NCBI GenBank assembly: GCA_038087875.1
Contig: JAXLNO010005863.1
Coordinates: forward strand, 124,001-188,000
From: Malacoraja senta
Taxonomy: Eukaryota
Direction of reading: 5' to 3'
DNA length: 64,000 nt
Under the pieces are notes generated by a model, which saw nothing but the letters and a program-made list of their open reading frames with translations, was not told where the DNA came from and did not search any database. This document shows, piece by piece, positions 12,690-25,739 of this stretch (its first letter is position 1; the number at the start of each line of letters is the position of its first letter). The position numbers and the translations under genes were made by a program.

Positions 12690-13220
12690 GTAGAATTAGG
12701 CCATTTGGCCCATCTAGTCCACTCCACCATTCATTCATTACTGATCTATCTCTCCCTCCTCACCCCATTCTCCTGCCTTCTCCCCATAACCTTGGACACT
12801 TGTACCAATCAAGAATCTATCTATCTTCGACTTAAAAATATCCACTGACGGCCTCCACAGCCTTCTGTGGCAACAAATTCCATGGATTTGCCACCCTCTG
12901 CCTTAAGAAATTTCTCCTCATCTTCCTAAAAGAACTTCCTTTAAATCTGAGGCTATGGCCTCCAGTCTTAGACTCTCCCACTAGTGGAAACATCCTCTCC
13001 ACATCCACTCTATCCAAGCCATTCACTATTCTGTAGATTTTAATGAGGCCCCCCCCCATTCTTCTAAACTCCAGAGAGTACAGGCCCAGTGCTAACAAAT
13101 GTTCATGATAGGTTAACCTACTCATTTCTGGGATCATTGTTGTAAACCTCCTCTGGACCCTCTCCAGAGCCAGCACATCCTTTCTCAGATATAGTGCCCA
13201 AAATTGCTCACAATATTCTC
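12690..13220 (-). mobile_element. CR1 LINE 3' fragment
   Basis: EYCEQFWALYLRKDVLALERVQRRFTTMIP...QRVANPWNLLP. Confidence 0.88.
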
Positions 13221-14657
13221 TAGCACTGAGGGAGCAGCTCTGCCAGTTGTGCCTGGTAGTATTTTGGTTTAACATGTGGTTATAAAATTGCAACAATCTC
13301 TGCAGAACGCCCTGTATAGCACTAGAATCCACTGGTGTTTCTTTGGTGGGATATTGACCCGTGGCTCTCTGACTGAGAATGGAGATATGCTGTGGCTGAC
13401 ACCGCATGAAAAAAATGTTTTGCACACAACTCACAGTTACTTCTTGCCTGGGTGGATGGAGCCCGCAGCGGGGGCTTGGGTTGGTGCCACGAAGGTGTCC
13501 GGAGAGGACCAGGCAGCGTTAGTGAAGAGGCCGGTGTGGCGGTCGATGATGGCGCCTACCGATGGACGAGGATGGAGACGTGGAATTGAGGGCGCCGCTG
13601 CCGAGGGAAGGAACAAAGGAGGACCTGGCGTGGGGGGATGGAAATTTGTCACTTTGTAAGCGCCCTTTATGGGCAACTATTTCCATGCCTTGTGTGTGCA
13701 AGCAAAGAATGTCACTGAGCCTTGTCACATGTGACAATAAAGTATTCAATTCAATTCAATCAACAGCCACCTCTCATAATCTATTGATAACAGGCCTTTT
13801 GTTACAAGATGGCATTCTCTGGAAAGGCGTAGGTTATTTAAACATGTTTTAATCAATTTCTCTGATACAAGTGCACTGACCTCTTGTTCTGCTTTAGCTG
13901 TAAGTAGACACACTCTCTACAGTAACTTTCTCACATGACTGAACTTTGAAGATCAGTTCTCATATGGTATGTTTGAGAGCTATTTCCATTTACTGGGAGA
14001 CATCACAGCCTAGCCTGAACTAGACTGCATGTTACCCCATAGTTAATGGCGAGATCAAGGCTTTTTGTCTGTCAGTCTGATATTGATTACAGTTGAATTC
14101 AGGAAACCCAATACCAAGCACAGCCTTTCACGAGGAAAAGCAAACAAATTGGGGCATTTATTAAAGAAATACTCACTCTCCCTATTGGACAATGTTAATG
14201 AATTCTGTTTCAAACAATGAGTTCAAACCATGCTAAACAAGTTCAAAACATTCTTAATGTACACGAAGGAACGGCAGATGCTGGTTTAAGCCGAAGATAG
14301 ACACAAAATGTTGTAGTAACTCACAGGCACAGGCAGCATCTCTGGATAGAAGGAATGGGTGATGTTTTGGGTTGAGATCCATTGGGGGGGAAAATCCTCC
14401 TGGCCTATGTGTAAATCGCATGTCAATGAGAATGGAGCTGTTGACTGTGAAATGGGAGTCAGTGGGATTTGGATGGAAATGTGAACTTATAAAATTTAAT
14501 AGTAGTCTATTGGATCTGAACACATCTTGGTCTGAAGTAGGGTCTCGACCCACAATGTCACCCATTCCTTCTCTCTAGAGATACTGCCTGTGAGTTACTC
14601 CAGCATTTTGTGTCTGTCTTCCGTGTAAACTGGCATCTGCAGTTCCTTCCTGCACAT

Positions 14658-14860
14658 TTGGTATGTGAATCAGTATTGTGTGAATGGATAATTTTTTGAA
14701 TGGGGTATGTGATTCACCATGGTGCTGGTGGATACATTTTTGAATGGGGATGTTCTTCAGAATGGTGCTGGTGGATACATTTTTGAATGGGGTATGTGAT
14801 TCAGAATGGTGTGAATGGAGGAATTTTTGAACGGGCATGTGATTCAAAATGGTGTGAACA
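14658..14860 (+). repeat. About 44-bp minisatellite x4-5
   Basis: Recurring ggatacatttttgaatggggtatgtgattcagaatggtg units. Confidence 0.8.
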
Positions 14861-15409
14861 GATCAAGCTTATCAATGACAGCTACATTTATGCAATTAAT
14901 CTATATTTATCATATCTAATTTTATAACATAAATATGAACTTCAAATTGAATTAATTACGTTCCACCCTGTTACTTGATCTTTTAGATAGTTGAGAAGAT
15001 ATTGAAAGAGTGCCTTGTTCACTCAAGAACCCAGGCAATAGTGGACAGTTTATCAGCAAACACTTGGCCCAGTGCCCGAGGTGCTCCAGTCACTAAGTGA
15101 TGGAAATGTATTTGTCATTCCACAAATCTCACATTGTGTAAGAGGTTGGGGCTGGAGTCTCAGCCCAACAGATCAGTCAGAAGAGGTACAGGAACAGAGG
15201 CAGGGTGAATGTGTGCTTTGTACACTATCAGATACAGAATATTACAGGTCAGGAACTCACCCTTTGGCCCACAATGTATATGCCAAATGTAATGCCAAGA
15301 TAAACTGACCTAGTCGAATGCAAACAGAAATTTTACATTCGATGAACACTTTCACATCATACAACCCATCTCTAATGAAAATTATCTCCTTCCTTCCATG
15401 ACTTTTAAA

Positions 15410-16930
15410 CATAGAGACATAGAAACATAGAAAATAGGTGCAGGAGGAGGCCATTCGGCCCTTCGAGCCAGCACCGCCATTCATTATGATCATGGCTGAT
15501 CGTCCCCTATCAATAACCCATGCCTGCCTTCTCCCCATATCCCTTGACTCCACTAGCCCCTAGAGCTCTATCTAACTCTCTGTTAAATCCATCCAGTGAT
15601 TTGGCCTCCACTGCCCTCTGTGGCAGGGAATTCCATAAATTCACAATCTTCTGGGTGAAAAAGATTTTTCTGACCCGAGTCTTAAATGACCTCCCCTTTA
15701 TTCTAAGACTGTGGCCCCTGGTTTAGTTATGGAGTCATAGAGTGATATAGTTTGGGAACAGGCCCTTCGGCCCAACTTGTCCACACCGGCCAACATGTCC
15801 CAGCTACACTAGTCCCACCTGCTTGCCTTTGGTCCATATCCCTCCAAACCTGTCATATTAATGTACCTGCCTAACTGTTTCTTAAACGAGGGGATAGTCC
15901 CAGCCTCAATTACCTCCTCTGGGAGCTTGTTCCATACACCCACCACACTTTGTGTGAAAAAGTTACCCTTCGGATTCCTATTAAATCTTTTCCCATTGAC
16001 CTTGAAACTATGTCATCTGGTCCTCGATTCCCCTACTCTGGGCAAAAGACTCTGTGCATCTACCCGAACTATTCCTCTCATGGTTTTGTATACCTCTTGC
16101 AAGATCACCCCTCATCCTCCTGCGCTCCAAGGAATAGAGACCCAGCCTACTCAACCTCTCCCTATAACTCACACCCTCTAGTCCTGGCAACATCCTTGTA
16201 AATATTTTCTGACCAGTTTCAAGCTTGACAACATATTTCCTATAACATGGTGCCCAGAACTGAACACAATATTCTAAATGCGGTCTCACCAATGTCTTAT
16301 ATGACTGCTACATGACCTCCCAACTTCTGTACTCATTATTCTGACTGATGAAGGACAATGTGCCAAAAGCCTTTGTGACCACCTTATCTACCTATGACTC
16401 GACCTTTAAGGAACCTTGCACTTGTACTCCTAGATCCCTCTCCTCTCAACACTCCCCAGAGACCGACTATTTACTGTGTTAGATGTCCCAAAAAGCAACA
16501 CCTCACACTTCTCTGTATTAAATTCCATCAACCATTCCTCAGCCCACTGGCCAATCGATCCAGATCCTGCTGCAATCGTTCACAACCATTGTCTACCTGC
16601 AATCGTTCACAACCATCTTCACTATCTGCAAAACCACTCCCTTTTGTATCATCAGCAACCTTGCTAATCTTGCCCCACATTATATCATCCAAATCAATTA
16701 TGTAGATGACAAACAGTAACGGGCCCAGCACCGAACCCTGAGTCACACCACTAGTCACACGCCTCCAATCAGTGAAGCAACCTTCCACCATCACCCTCTG
16801 CTTCCTTCCATGGAGCCATTTGCTATCCATTCAGCTATCTCTCCTTGGATCTCATGTGATCAAATCTTCCAGAGCAGCCTACCATGCTACCTTTTCGAAT
16901 ACCTTTCTGAAATCCATGTACACAACATCT
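15410..16930 (-). mobile_element. Stacked CR1 LINE fragments
   Basis: GVTQGSVLGPLLFVIYIIDLD...VADDTK; RPHLEYCVQFWAP; two different 3' tails. Confidence 0.88.
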
Positions 16931-18061
16931 ACAGCTCTGTAGAGCTTCCACAGCTTGAGTTATGCAAAGTCATGGAGAACACATCTCCGGTCAGTCAGCT
17001 AATTTCCATTGTGTTCAGTGTGTTGGACTGAGGGGAAAAAATGGGATTAAAGGATGAGATTCTTTCTCCAGTTGCTGTGATACATTGTAAATGGATCGAT
17101 TGTAATGTGTACGAAGGAACTGCAGATACTGGTTTAAACAGAAGATAGACATAAAAAAGCTGGAGTAACTCAGCGGGGCAGGCAGCATCTCTGGAGAGAA
17201 GAATTGAAGAAGGGTCTCAACCTGAAACGTCACCCATTCCTTCTCTCCAGAGATGCTGCCTGTCCTGCTGAGTTACTCCAGCTTTTTGTGTCTATCTTCA
17301 GATCGATTACAATCATGTATTGACTTTCTGCTGACTGGTTAGCACACAACAAAAGCTTTTCACTGTAAACAGCTTTCACTGTTTCACAATAAACTAAACT
17401 GAACTGAGACTATTAATACTTCATACCTGTGCATAAACCTGGGCAAATGAATTTTAAAATAATTCTTGACTATAACCTGCTTATGTATTCGTGACAGTGG
17501 GTGCATTGATTCAATGGTTCAATGGTACTTCATTGTCGCATATACCTGGGTTCAGTGAAATTCCTTTTTGCATACAGTTCTGTCAAACATTTACAATACA
17601 CAAGGACAATCATACTTTAGTACAAGACTACAGGAAATATAGATTACATTGAGACAATACAAGAGTTACCACATTTCCACTAACATTTTGCATAAATCAA
17701 AACTCCAAAGTTGTAAACAATGTAGTGATTTAACTTCACCTTATAACCTATTGCTTTGGTGGCAGCACTGGTTTGGAGCTGCAGGGTTTAGCCCACATTA
17801 TTTGGTATTAGTGTAAAGTTCACAATATCAGGATTAATCTTGCATGGAACAGACACTGGTCCACAGCCCTAACTTGAATCTGACTTTATGAAATAATTGA
17901 GCATTGTACACTTGGCTAGACATTCCTTATCAAGATTACTAGAAGCGACAACCTGCCCTGCCAATGTTACCTCAAAGTGACTATGAGTGTGATGAAGGTA
18001 CACAAAAATGCTGGAGAAACTCAGCGGGTGCAGCAGCATCTATGGAGCGAAGGAAATAGGT

Positions 18062-18089
18062 AACGTTTCGGGCCGAAACCCTTCTTCAG
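18062..18089 (-). ncRNA. Minimal type I hammerhead ribozyme motif (intact core)
   Basis: CUGAAGA-A-GGGU(UUCG)GCCC-GAAAC-GUU. Confidence 0.6.
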
Positions 18090-18879
18090 AGTGTGATGAA
18101 CATGGATTGACTTGGAACGTTTCCTGAAAGATCAGCACACATTGAAATGATAACGCAATCAACTGTTATTCAATGCATAGATTACTTTGCCCAGGAACAG
18201 AGGACATAGGTTCAAGGTGAAGGCGAAAAGATTTAATAGGTATCCGAGGGGTAACTTTTTCACACAAAGGGTGGTGGGTTTATGGAACAAGCTGCCAGAG
18301 GAGGGAGTTGAGGCTGGGACTATGCTATTGTTTAAGAAACAGTTGGACGTACATGGATAGGACAGGTTTGGGTGGATATGGACCAATCGCAGGCAAGTGG
18401 GACCAGTGTAGCTGGGACATTGTTGGGCGAGTTGGGCCGAAGGACCTGTTTCCAAACTGTATCACTCTATGACTCTATGATATTATTAATAAAATTAATT
18501 AACGACAATCAAGTAGATTGTTTGAAGCTGTTCCCATTCCTTATGCAGATCCAAGTAACCCAATCAAGGTAAATCAATGTTAGGTGCCTGGAAAATGTAG
18601 AGTACTCAGTAATCAAGATCTGGGACTTTAGTGACCTTCCTTCCATTATAAAGTCAAAAGTGATTGTCTGTTGTTGATTGCACAATGCTCAATTTCATTT
18701 CCTCGTTTATTCACTGCACCACAAGCTTTAACCAGCGACAAAACACACTGCAGATACGTGTCGTCTAGCCCATCAGAACATTCCAAACTCAACATCTCAA
18801 GCACAAGAACAACAAGGTCAGCAGATGTGTGAGAACCTGACCTGGGATCCATCCTGACTTAGAATTGAATCACCATTTG

Positions 18880-19450
18880 TTCATAATTGAGTTTGGTTTA
18901 GAGATATGTCATGCCGGCAGTTCGAAATAAACAGGTCGGGAGAGGGTAGAAGGCCGGCACAGGGGGTCAAAGAGGAGGGGGAATGTTGGATATGGAGGAC
19001 GGTGTTTTCACCAGGAGGTGAGGACTCCTTCCCGTAGAAAAAGGCTCGGAAGCGGAGGCAACTGAAGAAGAGCTCTACATCATGGTAAGCCCTGAACTCG
19101 TTGAAGTGGGGGGTGTAGGGGTACAAAGGTAAGGCCTCTGTTCAAGACTGACTGGTCTGTATCAGAAGTAAGTCGCAGGGGGGGGAAGGATCCCAGACAG
19201 CTCTACCATACATTGTAGGGGCCAACAGCCAATGGCCGAAAACTGGGACTGCAAACCATGTGAGTTGATGTCTTTGGCCGGCTGGTGGCCGGTGACGAGG
19301 TGAGGATCGGCGGAGTCAATGGGCCCACGAGGGGCTAGAGTACAGGTGAAGGTTGGAGGCAAACATGGCCTGGAAGCTTTGTGGGCTGATGGTGGCATGA
19401 TCAACAGTGTCAGTAGGTCAGGCCTGGAAGCTCCATTAACCATTCTTCAG
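18880..19450 (-). mobile_element. Penelope-like element, N-terminal ORF fragment
   Basis: PHFNEFRAYHDVELFFSCLRFRAFFYGKESSPP...DLFISNCRHDI, typical of vertebrate PLE ORF N-termini. Confidence 0.7.
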
Positions 19451-19519
19451 CCCACTTGTCTCACTGATCAAGATCCAGCTGTAATTTTTGATAACTATGT
19501 TCACTGTTTATGATACCAA

Positions 19520-20340
19520 CTATGTCAATGTCATCTGCAAAGTTTCTAATCATGCTGCACATTTTCATCTAAGTTGCTCATATAAACCACAATCAGCAAT
19601 GGGCCCAGCACAGATCCCTGAGGGACACCTCTAGTCACAGGCCTCCTGTGTGAAAATCACTTCCACTATCACCCTATGCTTCCTTCCATGAACCTAATTC
19701 ATTGGTTAGGCAGCTAGTTCTCCCTGAATGCCATGAGCTCTAATCATCAAGGGCAGCCTACCATGCAGAAACTTATCAAAGGCCTTGCTGAAGACCATAT
19801 GTACAATGTCTATGACCTTATCATCATCAACCTTCTTGGTTACTTTTTCCAAAAACTACCAGATTGGCGATGCATGATCTCCCACGTCCGAAACTACGCT
19901 GACCAGCCCTTGTCTCTACAAATGCATATTTACCCCATCTCTCAGAATCCTGTCCAGTAACTTACCTACCGCAGATTGTAGGCCCACTGATTTATAGTTT
20001 CTAGGTTTTGCCCTGTAGTCATTCTTAAATAGAGGCACAACATTTGCCAACCTCCAGTTATCCGGCACCTCACCCATGTCTAACAATGATTCATATCTCT
20101 CAGTCAGGGCGCTTGCAATTTCTTCTCTAGCTCCCCACATTGTCCTCAGATATATGTGATCAGGTCTGGGTGAATTATCTACTTTCATATGTCTTAGGAT
20201 GTCCAGCACATCATCGGCCATAACACGGACTGTCCTCCAGACATCTCCATTTCCTGTTGCAAGCTCCCTCATCTTCAAATCTTTCTCCACAGTAAAAACA
20301 GGGGAGAAATACTCATTGAAGATCTTGCTCATCTCATGCA
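19520..20340 (-). mobile_element. CR1 LINE RT fragment
   Basis: PDNWRLANVVPLFK...NYKSVGLQSAVGKLL; degenerate [10 protein letters not shown]. Confidence 0.82.
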
Positions 20341-20419
20341 GCTTCTCACAGTGATGACAGCTTTTATTTTCTGAGTGGATTTATTCTTTATCAAGTTACC
20401 CTCATTCATTTAATATAGG

Positions 20420-20905
20420 AGTGAAGAAGACTGTAAAAACTTGTGAACACTGCCCAGTCCATCACGGGTTCTGACCTTCCTACCATCGAAGGAAGCTCAA
20501 AAAGGCAGCAAGCATCATCAGAGACCCACACCACCCCTGCCATAGGGTAGAAGGTACAGGAGCCTTAAAACTGTAACGTCAGGTTCAGGAATAACTTCTA
20601 CCCTACAGCCTTTAGGCTATTAAACACTACAGCCTTAAACAAGCTCTTAACTACATAGACTATTATTGTTATTGTTGCACCATTATTGTTTGTTTTTTGT
20701 GTGTACATATGAGTGTGTGTGTGTGGATATATATATACGAATATGATCTGTATATATGTGTATTTGTGAGTATGTGTATATATACACACCCAGATATTTT
20801 TATTTCTTGTTTCTTATATTGTTTACAGTGTTCTATGTTTACATATTCTGTTGTGCTGCTGCAAGTAAGAATGTCATTGTTCTATCTAGGACATCTCTAT
20901 ATAAC
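20420..20905 (+). mobile_element. Rex1/Babar LINE 3' end
   Basis: KAASIIRDPHHP...RRYRSLKT...FRNNFYPTAFRLLN. Related tails at about 6255-6510, 17300-17405, 23910-24200, 48720-48870, 54690-55050 and 55350-55530. Confidence 0.65.
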
Positions 20906-23212
20906 TAAAAGTCTTTGGCTTGTTTGTGCCCACGATGTGTCTCTGTGTGTGTCAATCTGGTTAATTGCTATCTTCTTCCTAATGCTAGGCCACAGCTTTC
21001 TCATTTTCACACGTCGTACTCACATTTTTCCCGTGGTGGCGATAAACATCTTCCCGTCATATTTCCACCTATATTTCCGAAGTTATTAATCGTAAAAAAA
21101 ATTTAAACAGTCTGATTTCTTCAAACTCTTCCATTTTGGAAACAAAATCCGAGTGACTTCACAATGCACTCGCAAGGCAGGACAGGGCCACTCCAGGAGG
21201 GACGGGCACTCCAGTGCTCCAACCCTCCCTCCCCCCTCCCCACCCCCCCTCCCCCCTCCCCACCCCCCTCCAGTGCACCAATCACGATGGGCTCTCAAGC
21301 TGCCGAGTGCCACACCCCCTGCCCCCTCCCCCCACCGGGTTATTCATGATTAAAGTGTTTTTTTAAGCCAAACGGGTTGCGTTGGGGGAACGGATGAGTG
21401 CTGGAATATTTCGTTGGGGGAGCAGACCCGATCTGCACTTGGTCTGGTATGACAATAAAACAATATTGACTCTTGAATGTACATAAAGTATCTTTGGATT
21501 CTTCTTTGCCAGAGTTGACAACAAAATTGATAAGTATATTAGGTAATGATAATTGTTGTCTAAGATTACAAAATAATGTTGATCAACCGGAAAGGTATGG
21601 AGGTGAGGGGATGGGAGGTGAGGGAGGGAAGGAATGCCAGTTGAAATCTAACTCAAACAAGTGTGATTTGATGCATTTTGGGAAGTCAAATCATGACTGG
21701 CCAAATCTATTGCAGGATTGTAAATGGAGCTGTACCTTGGTGTACAATTACATAATTCCCTGAAAATGGCATCATAGTTTGATAGGGAAGTGAAGGGAAT
21801 ATATGTCTGAAGAATCGCCTCGACCCAAAACGTCACCCATTCCTTCTCTCCAGAAATATTGCCGCTGAGTCTCTCTAGCTTTTTGTGTCTATCTTCGGTT
21901 TAAATTAGCATCTGCTGTTCATTCCTACGCAGAGTATATGTTGTGCCTTGTTTCCTCAGCCATGGTACTGAGGACTAGGGTTGGGGTGTCATGTTACAGT
22001 TGTACAGAATGTTGAACAGGCAACCATTAATCTGTCCAGGGGCTCAGCTGATTTGTTGCACAATAGACTCTAATCCAAGGTCTGAACTCTGAAAAGAAAA
22101 TCAAGAAATTCAAGTTGCCACTCATCCATGGACTGAATAACAAAACACATCTTTGTTTTGCTTATCTGGCTTGAGAACTCTTAACATTGATCTATTTTCC
22201 TTCATAGTGTAGTCCATTTATAAACTGGCCATCCCCAGACATCCTGTTTCCACACTGTTTCCCAAGGGCACCTCACCTATTTTCAGCTCTGCTCTCAACA
22301 AGTATCAATCACATTATCCCTCTCTCTATCTATCATCTCTCTCCATCTCACTATATATATCTCTCTCTATCTCCCTACCTCTCTCCATCTATTTATCTCT
22401 CCATCTCTCATCCCTCAGCTCTATCTCTCTTTCCTTCATCTCTTTCATTTCTGCAAATTGAAATCATTAATCAGTCTGAGAGCACTGTGTGTGACTGAAT
22501 GACATCAGAGCATCAGTCCCTGAGGCATACCACTGGTCACAGGCTTCCTATGTAAAAAAACAACCCTGCACTACCATTCTCTGACTCCTACCACCAAGCC
22601 AACTTTGTGTCCAATTGACTAGCTCACCCTGGATCCCATGTTTTCCAACCTAATGGACCAGCCACCCATGTGGGACCTTGCTGAAGGATGGCATGGTGCC
22701 AGAGATCTGGGTTCAATCCTGACTACAAGTGCTTTTCTATATGGAGTTTGTACGTTCTCCCCTTGACCTGCGTAGGTTTTTTCCAAGATCTTCGGTTTCC
22801 TCCCACACTCCAAAGATGTACAGGTTTGTACGTTAATTGGCTTGGTATAAAAGGTAAAATTACCCCTAGTGTGTGTAGGGTAGCGTTAAAGTGCGGGGAT
22901 CGCTGGTCGGTGCAGACACGGTGGGCTGTAGGGTCTGTTTCCTCACTGTATCTCTAAACTAAACTAAACATAGACAACATCTGTCATCCAATCACGCACT
23001 GGGCAATTTACAAAATTCAATTAACCAACCAACTCGCATGTCTTTGAGATATAGGAGGAACGGAGCATTTGGTGGAGATCCTCGTGTCATAGGGAGAACA
23101 AGAAAATGATACACGTTGTACCCGAGATCAGGATTGAATCCAAGTTGCTGTAGCAGAGGGGCACCAATTCTGCCAGTTGCCTCAATATACTGCCTTTTAA
23201 AAAGAAAATTCA

Positions 23213-23525
23213 AAGCCTGTCCCACTGTACGAGGTAATTCAAGAGCTCTCCCGAGTTAAAAAAATTAAACTCGTGGTAAGCACGTAGAATGTACGTAGCG
23301 GGTACGTCGGAGCTCGGGAAGTCTCCTAGCGGCTCGTAACGCTAACGGCAGGTACTCGGGAAACGCGGTAAGCTCGTGAAGACTCGTGAAGATTTTTCAA
23401 CATGTTGAAAAAAGTCCACGAGAGCCCCAAGTACCTACGAGCGGCTATTACCGTAATTCTCAGAGTTCGAATCGGGGGAAACTCGGGAGAACTCTTGAAT
23501 TAGCTCGTACAGTGGGACAGGGCCT
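23213..23525. mobile_element. Same MITE family, copy 2 (opposite orientation)
   Basis: Reverse-complement match to 8436-8752; followed by TTAA. Confidence 0.75.
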
Positions 23526-24606
23526 TTAAGCTGTGTCTGCGTTGTCCATGCACACACTCTCAGGGCAGAATTAGTTTAGTTTAGTTTAGAGATACAGCGT
23601 GGAAACAGGCCTTTCGGCCTACCAAGTTTGCGAAGACCAATGATCCCTTTACATTGGCACTATCCTACACACACTAGGTACAAATTACAATTTACAAACC
23701 AATTAACCTACAAACCTGTACGTCTTTGGAGTGTGGGAGGAAACTGGAGCACCCGGAGAAAACCCATGCGTTCACCCAACATACAAACACCGTGCAGACC
23801 GCATCCATAGTCAGGGTCGAACCCTGGTGTCTGGTGCTATAAGGCAGCAACCCTACCGCTGCGCCACCCTGCCGCCCCTAAGTATAGATATAGGGAAAGA
23901 TACAGCAGCCTGAAAACCGTGACAACCAGATTCAAGAATAGTCTCTTCTCAGCAAACATCAGGCTCTTCAACACCACACAAAACTAACTTCAGCATCTAT
24001 GATCATCTACGGACTGTCTTTGAATGTAATATGAATTTAGTTTTTTGCACTATTATGATAGTCCACTATTACAGTTATTAATTTATTGTTTTATTGGTTG
24101 TTTTATATTATCTCTGTGTTATTGCAGTTACATGCAGGTGAAGCTGCAGCAAGTCAGAATTTTGTTGTTCTATTGTTGATACATATGACAATTAAACGAC
24201 TCTTACCTCACATTTGATTTTGGGTAAAGCTCACTCCATATTACCCCCATCATACACTCAGGAAAAGTACAAGGAACAAGTACATGTTTAAGAAAGAACT
24301 GCAGATGCTGGAAAAATCCAAGGTAGACAACTTGATGTTTGAATTATGTTCTTCAACCAGTTTAGACCAGTTTAGTTTAGAGATACAGCACGGAAACAGG
24401 CCCTTCGGCCCCACCGAGTCTGTGCTGACCAGCGATCGTCCGTTCACACACTAGTTTAGTTTAGAGATACAGCGCGGAAGCAGGCCCTTCGGCCCACCGA
24501 GTCTGTGCAGACTAGCGATCCCCGCACACTAACACTATCCTACACACACACAGGGGGACAATTTACAATCTTTACCAGAAACCAATTAACCTACAAACCC
24601 ACTCTC

Positions 24607-24737
24607 NNNNNNNNNNNNNNNNNNNNNNNNNNNNNNNNNNNNNNNNNNNNNNNNNNNNNNNNNNNNNNNNNNNNNNNNNNNNNNNNNNNNNNNNNNNNNN
24701 NNNNNNNNNNNNNNNNNNNNNNNNNNNNNNNNNNNNN
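24607..24737. other. Assembly gap (131 N)
   Basis: N run. Confidence 0.99.
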
Positions 24738-24874
24738 CTCTCCATCCCACCCTCAATACACCAAACAACAACAAAAACCCACTCCTAAACTGTCCCGTCC
24801 CCCCTCCTGCCGGAAGCGCCTTTGTGGACAACAAAGATACTCGAGGACAAAGTGTTGAAGAAGGAACTGCAGAT

Positions 24875-24908
24875 CAAAGATTATATCGCGGATCCTCTAG
24901 TATCTTTG
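24875..24908. mobile_element. 34-bp minimal TIR insertion with 8-bp TSD (P-like termini)
   Basis: CAAAGATTATA...TAGTATCTTTG flanked by CTGCAGAT at 24867-24874 and 24909-24916, inside a Penelope-derived repeat. Confidence 0.7.
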
Positions 24909-24993
24909 CTGCAGATGCTGGAAAATGGAAGGTAAACAAATGCTGGAGAAACTCAGCGGGTGCAGCAGCATCTATGGAGCGAAGGAAATAGGC

Positions 24994-25021
24994 AACGTTT
25001 CGGGCCCAAACCCTTCTTCAG
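24994..25021 (-). ncRNA. Minimal type I hammerhead ribozyme motif (intact core)
   Basis: CUGAAGA-A-GGGU(UUGG)GCCC-GAAAC-GUU. Confidence 0.55.
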
Positions 25022-25739
25022 ACTGAAACGTTGCCTATTTCCTCCGCTCCATAGATGCTGCATTTTTGTTTCCCTACTAGAGGAGGGGTTTGGTTGTTAT
25101 CATAGAAACATAGACAATAGGTGCAGGAGGAGGCCAGTCGGCCCTTCGAACCTGCACTGCCATTCATTGTGATCATTGCTAATCGTCCCCTATCAATAAC
25201 CCGTGCCTGCCTTCTCCCCATATCCCTTGACTCCACTGGCCCCTAGAGCTCTATCTAACTCTCTCTTAAATCCATCCAGTGATTTGGCCTCCACTGCCCT
25301 CTGTGGCAGGGAATTCCACAAATTCACAACTCTCTGGGTGAAAAAGTCTTTTCTCACCTCAGTCTCAAATGGCCTCCCCTTTATTCTAAGATGTATGTAT
25401 TCTGGGATTCATGTATAGCCTTTCCACTGACTGGATAGCCCACACCAAAAAACCACTTCACTGTTGGTCCGGCAAAACAGATAATCCAGAAAGGCTCTGG
25501 AACCAAGGATGCTGGAAAATCAGTAGTAGAGATAACAGATATTGAAGGTAAATATCCTGTATGCCTTCTTTACCACCTTAAATGTTGCCAATTTCAAGGA
25601 TCCTCGAACTCCAAAGTCCCCATTCCTCAATACTCCGTAGGAATCCACCATTCCCTACGCATTCCCACCGTGAATAGCCCTCACCAAGTACTTCACCTCA
25701 CATTGGTGAGGAATATAGTCTATCTTCCATTGTTCTACC

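Noticed and set aside
12832-13434. 200-aa ORF with a novel N-terminus fused to an RT tail
   Set aside because: Chance read-through from unique DNA into a 5'-truncated CR1; no support for expression.
21223-21335. C-rich tract / G-quadruplex potential
   Set aside because: Low-complexity interior of an unclassified repeat (about 20960-21450); common in this genome type.
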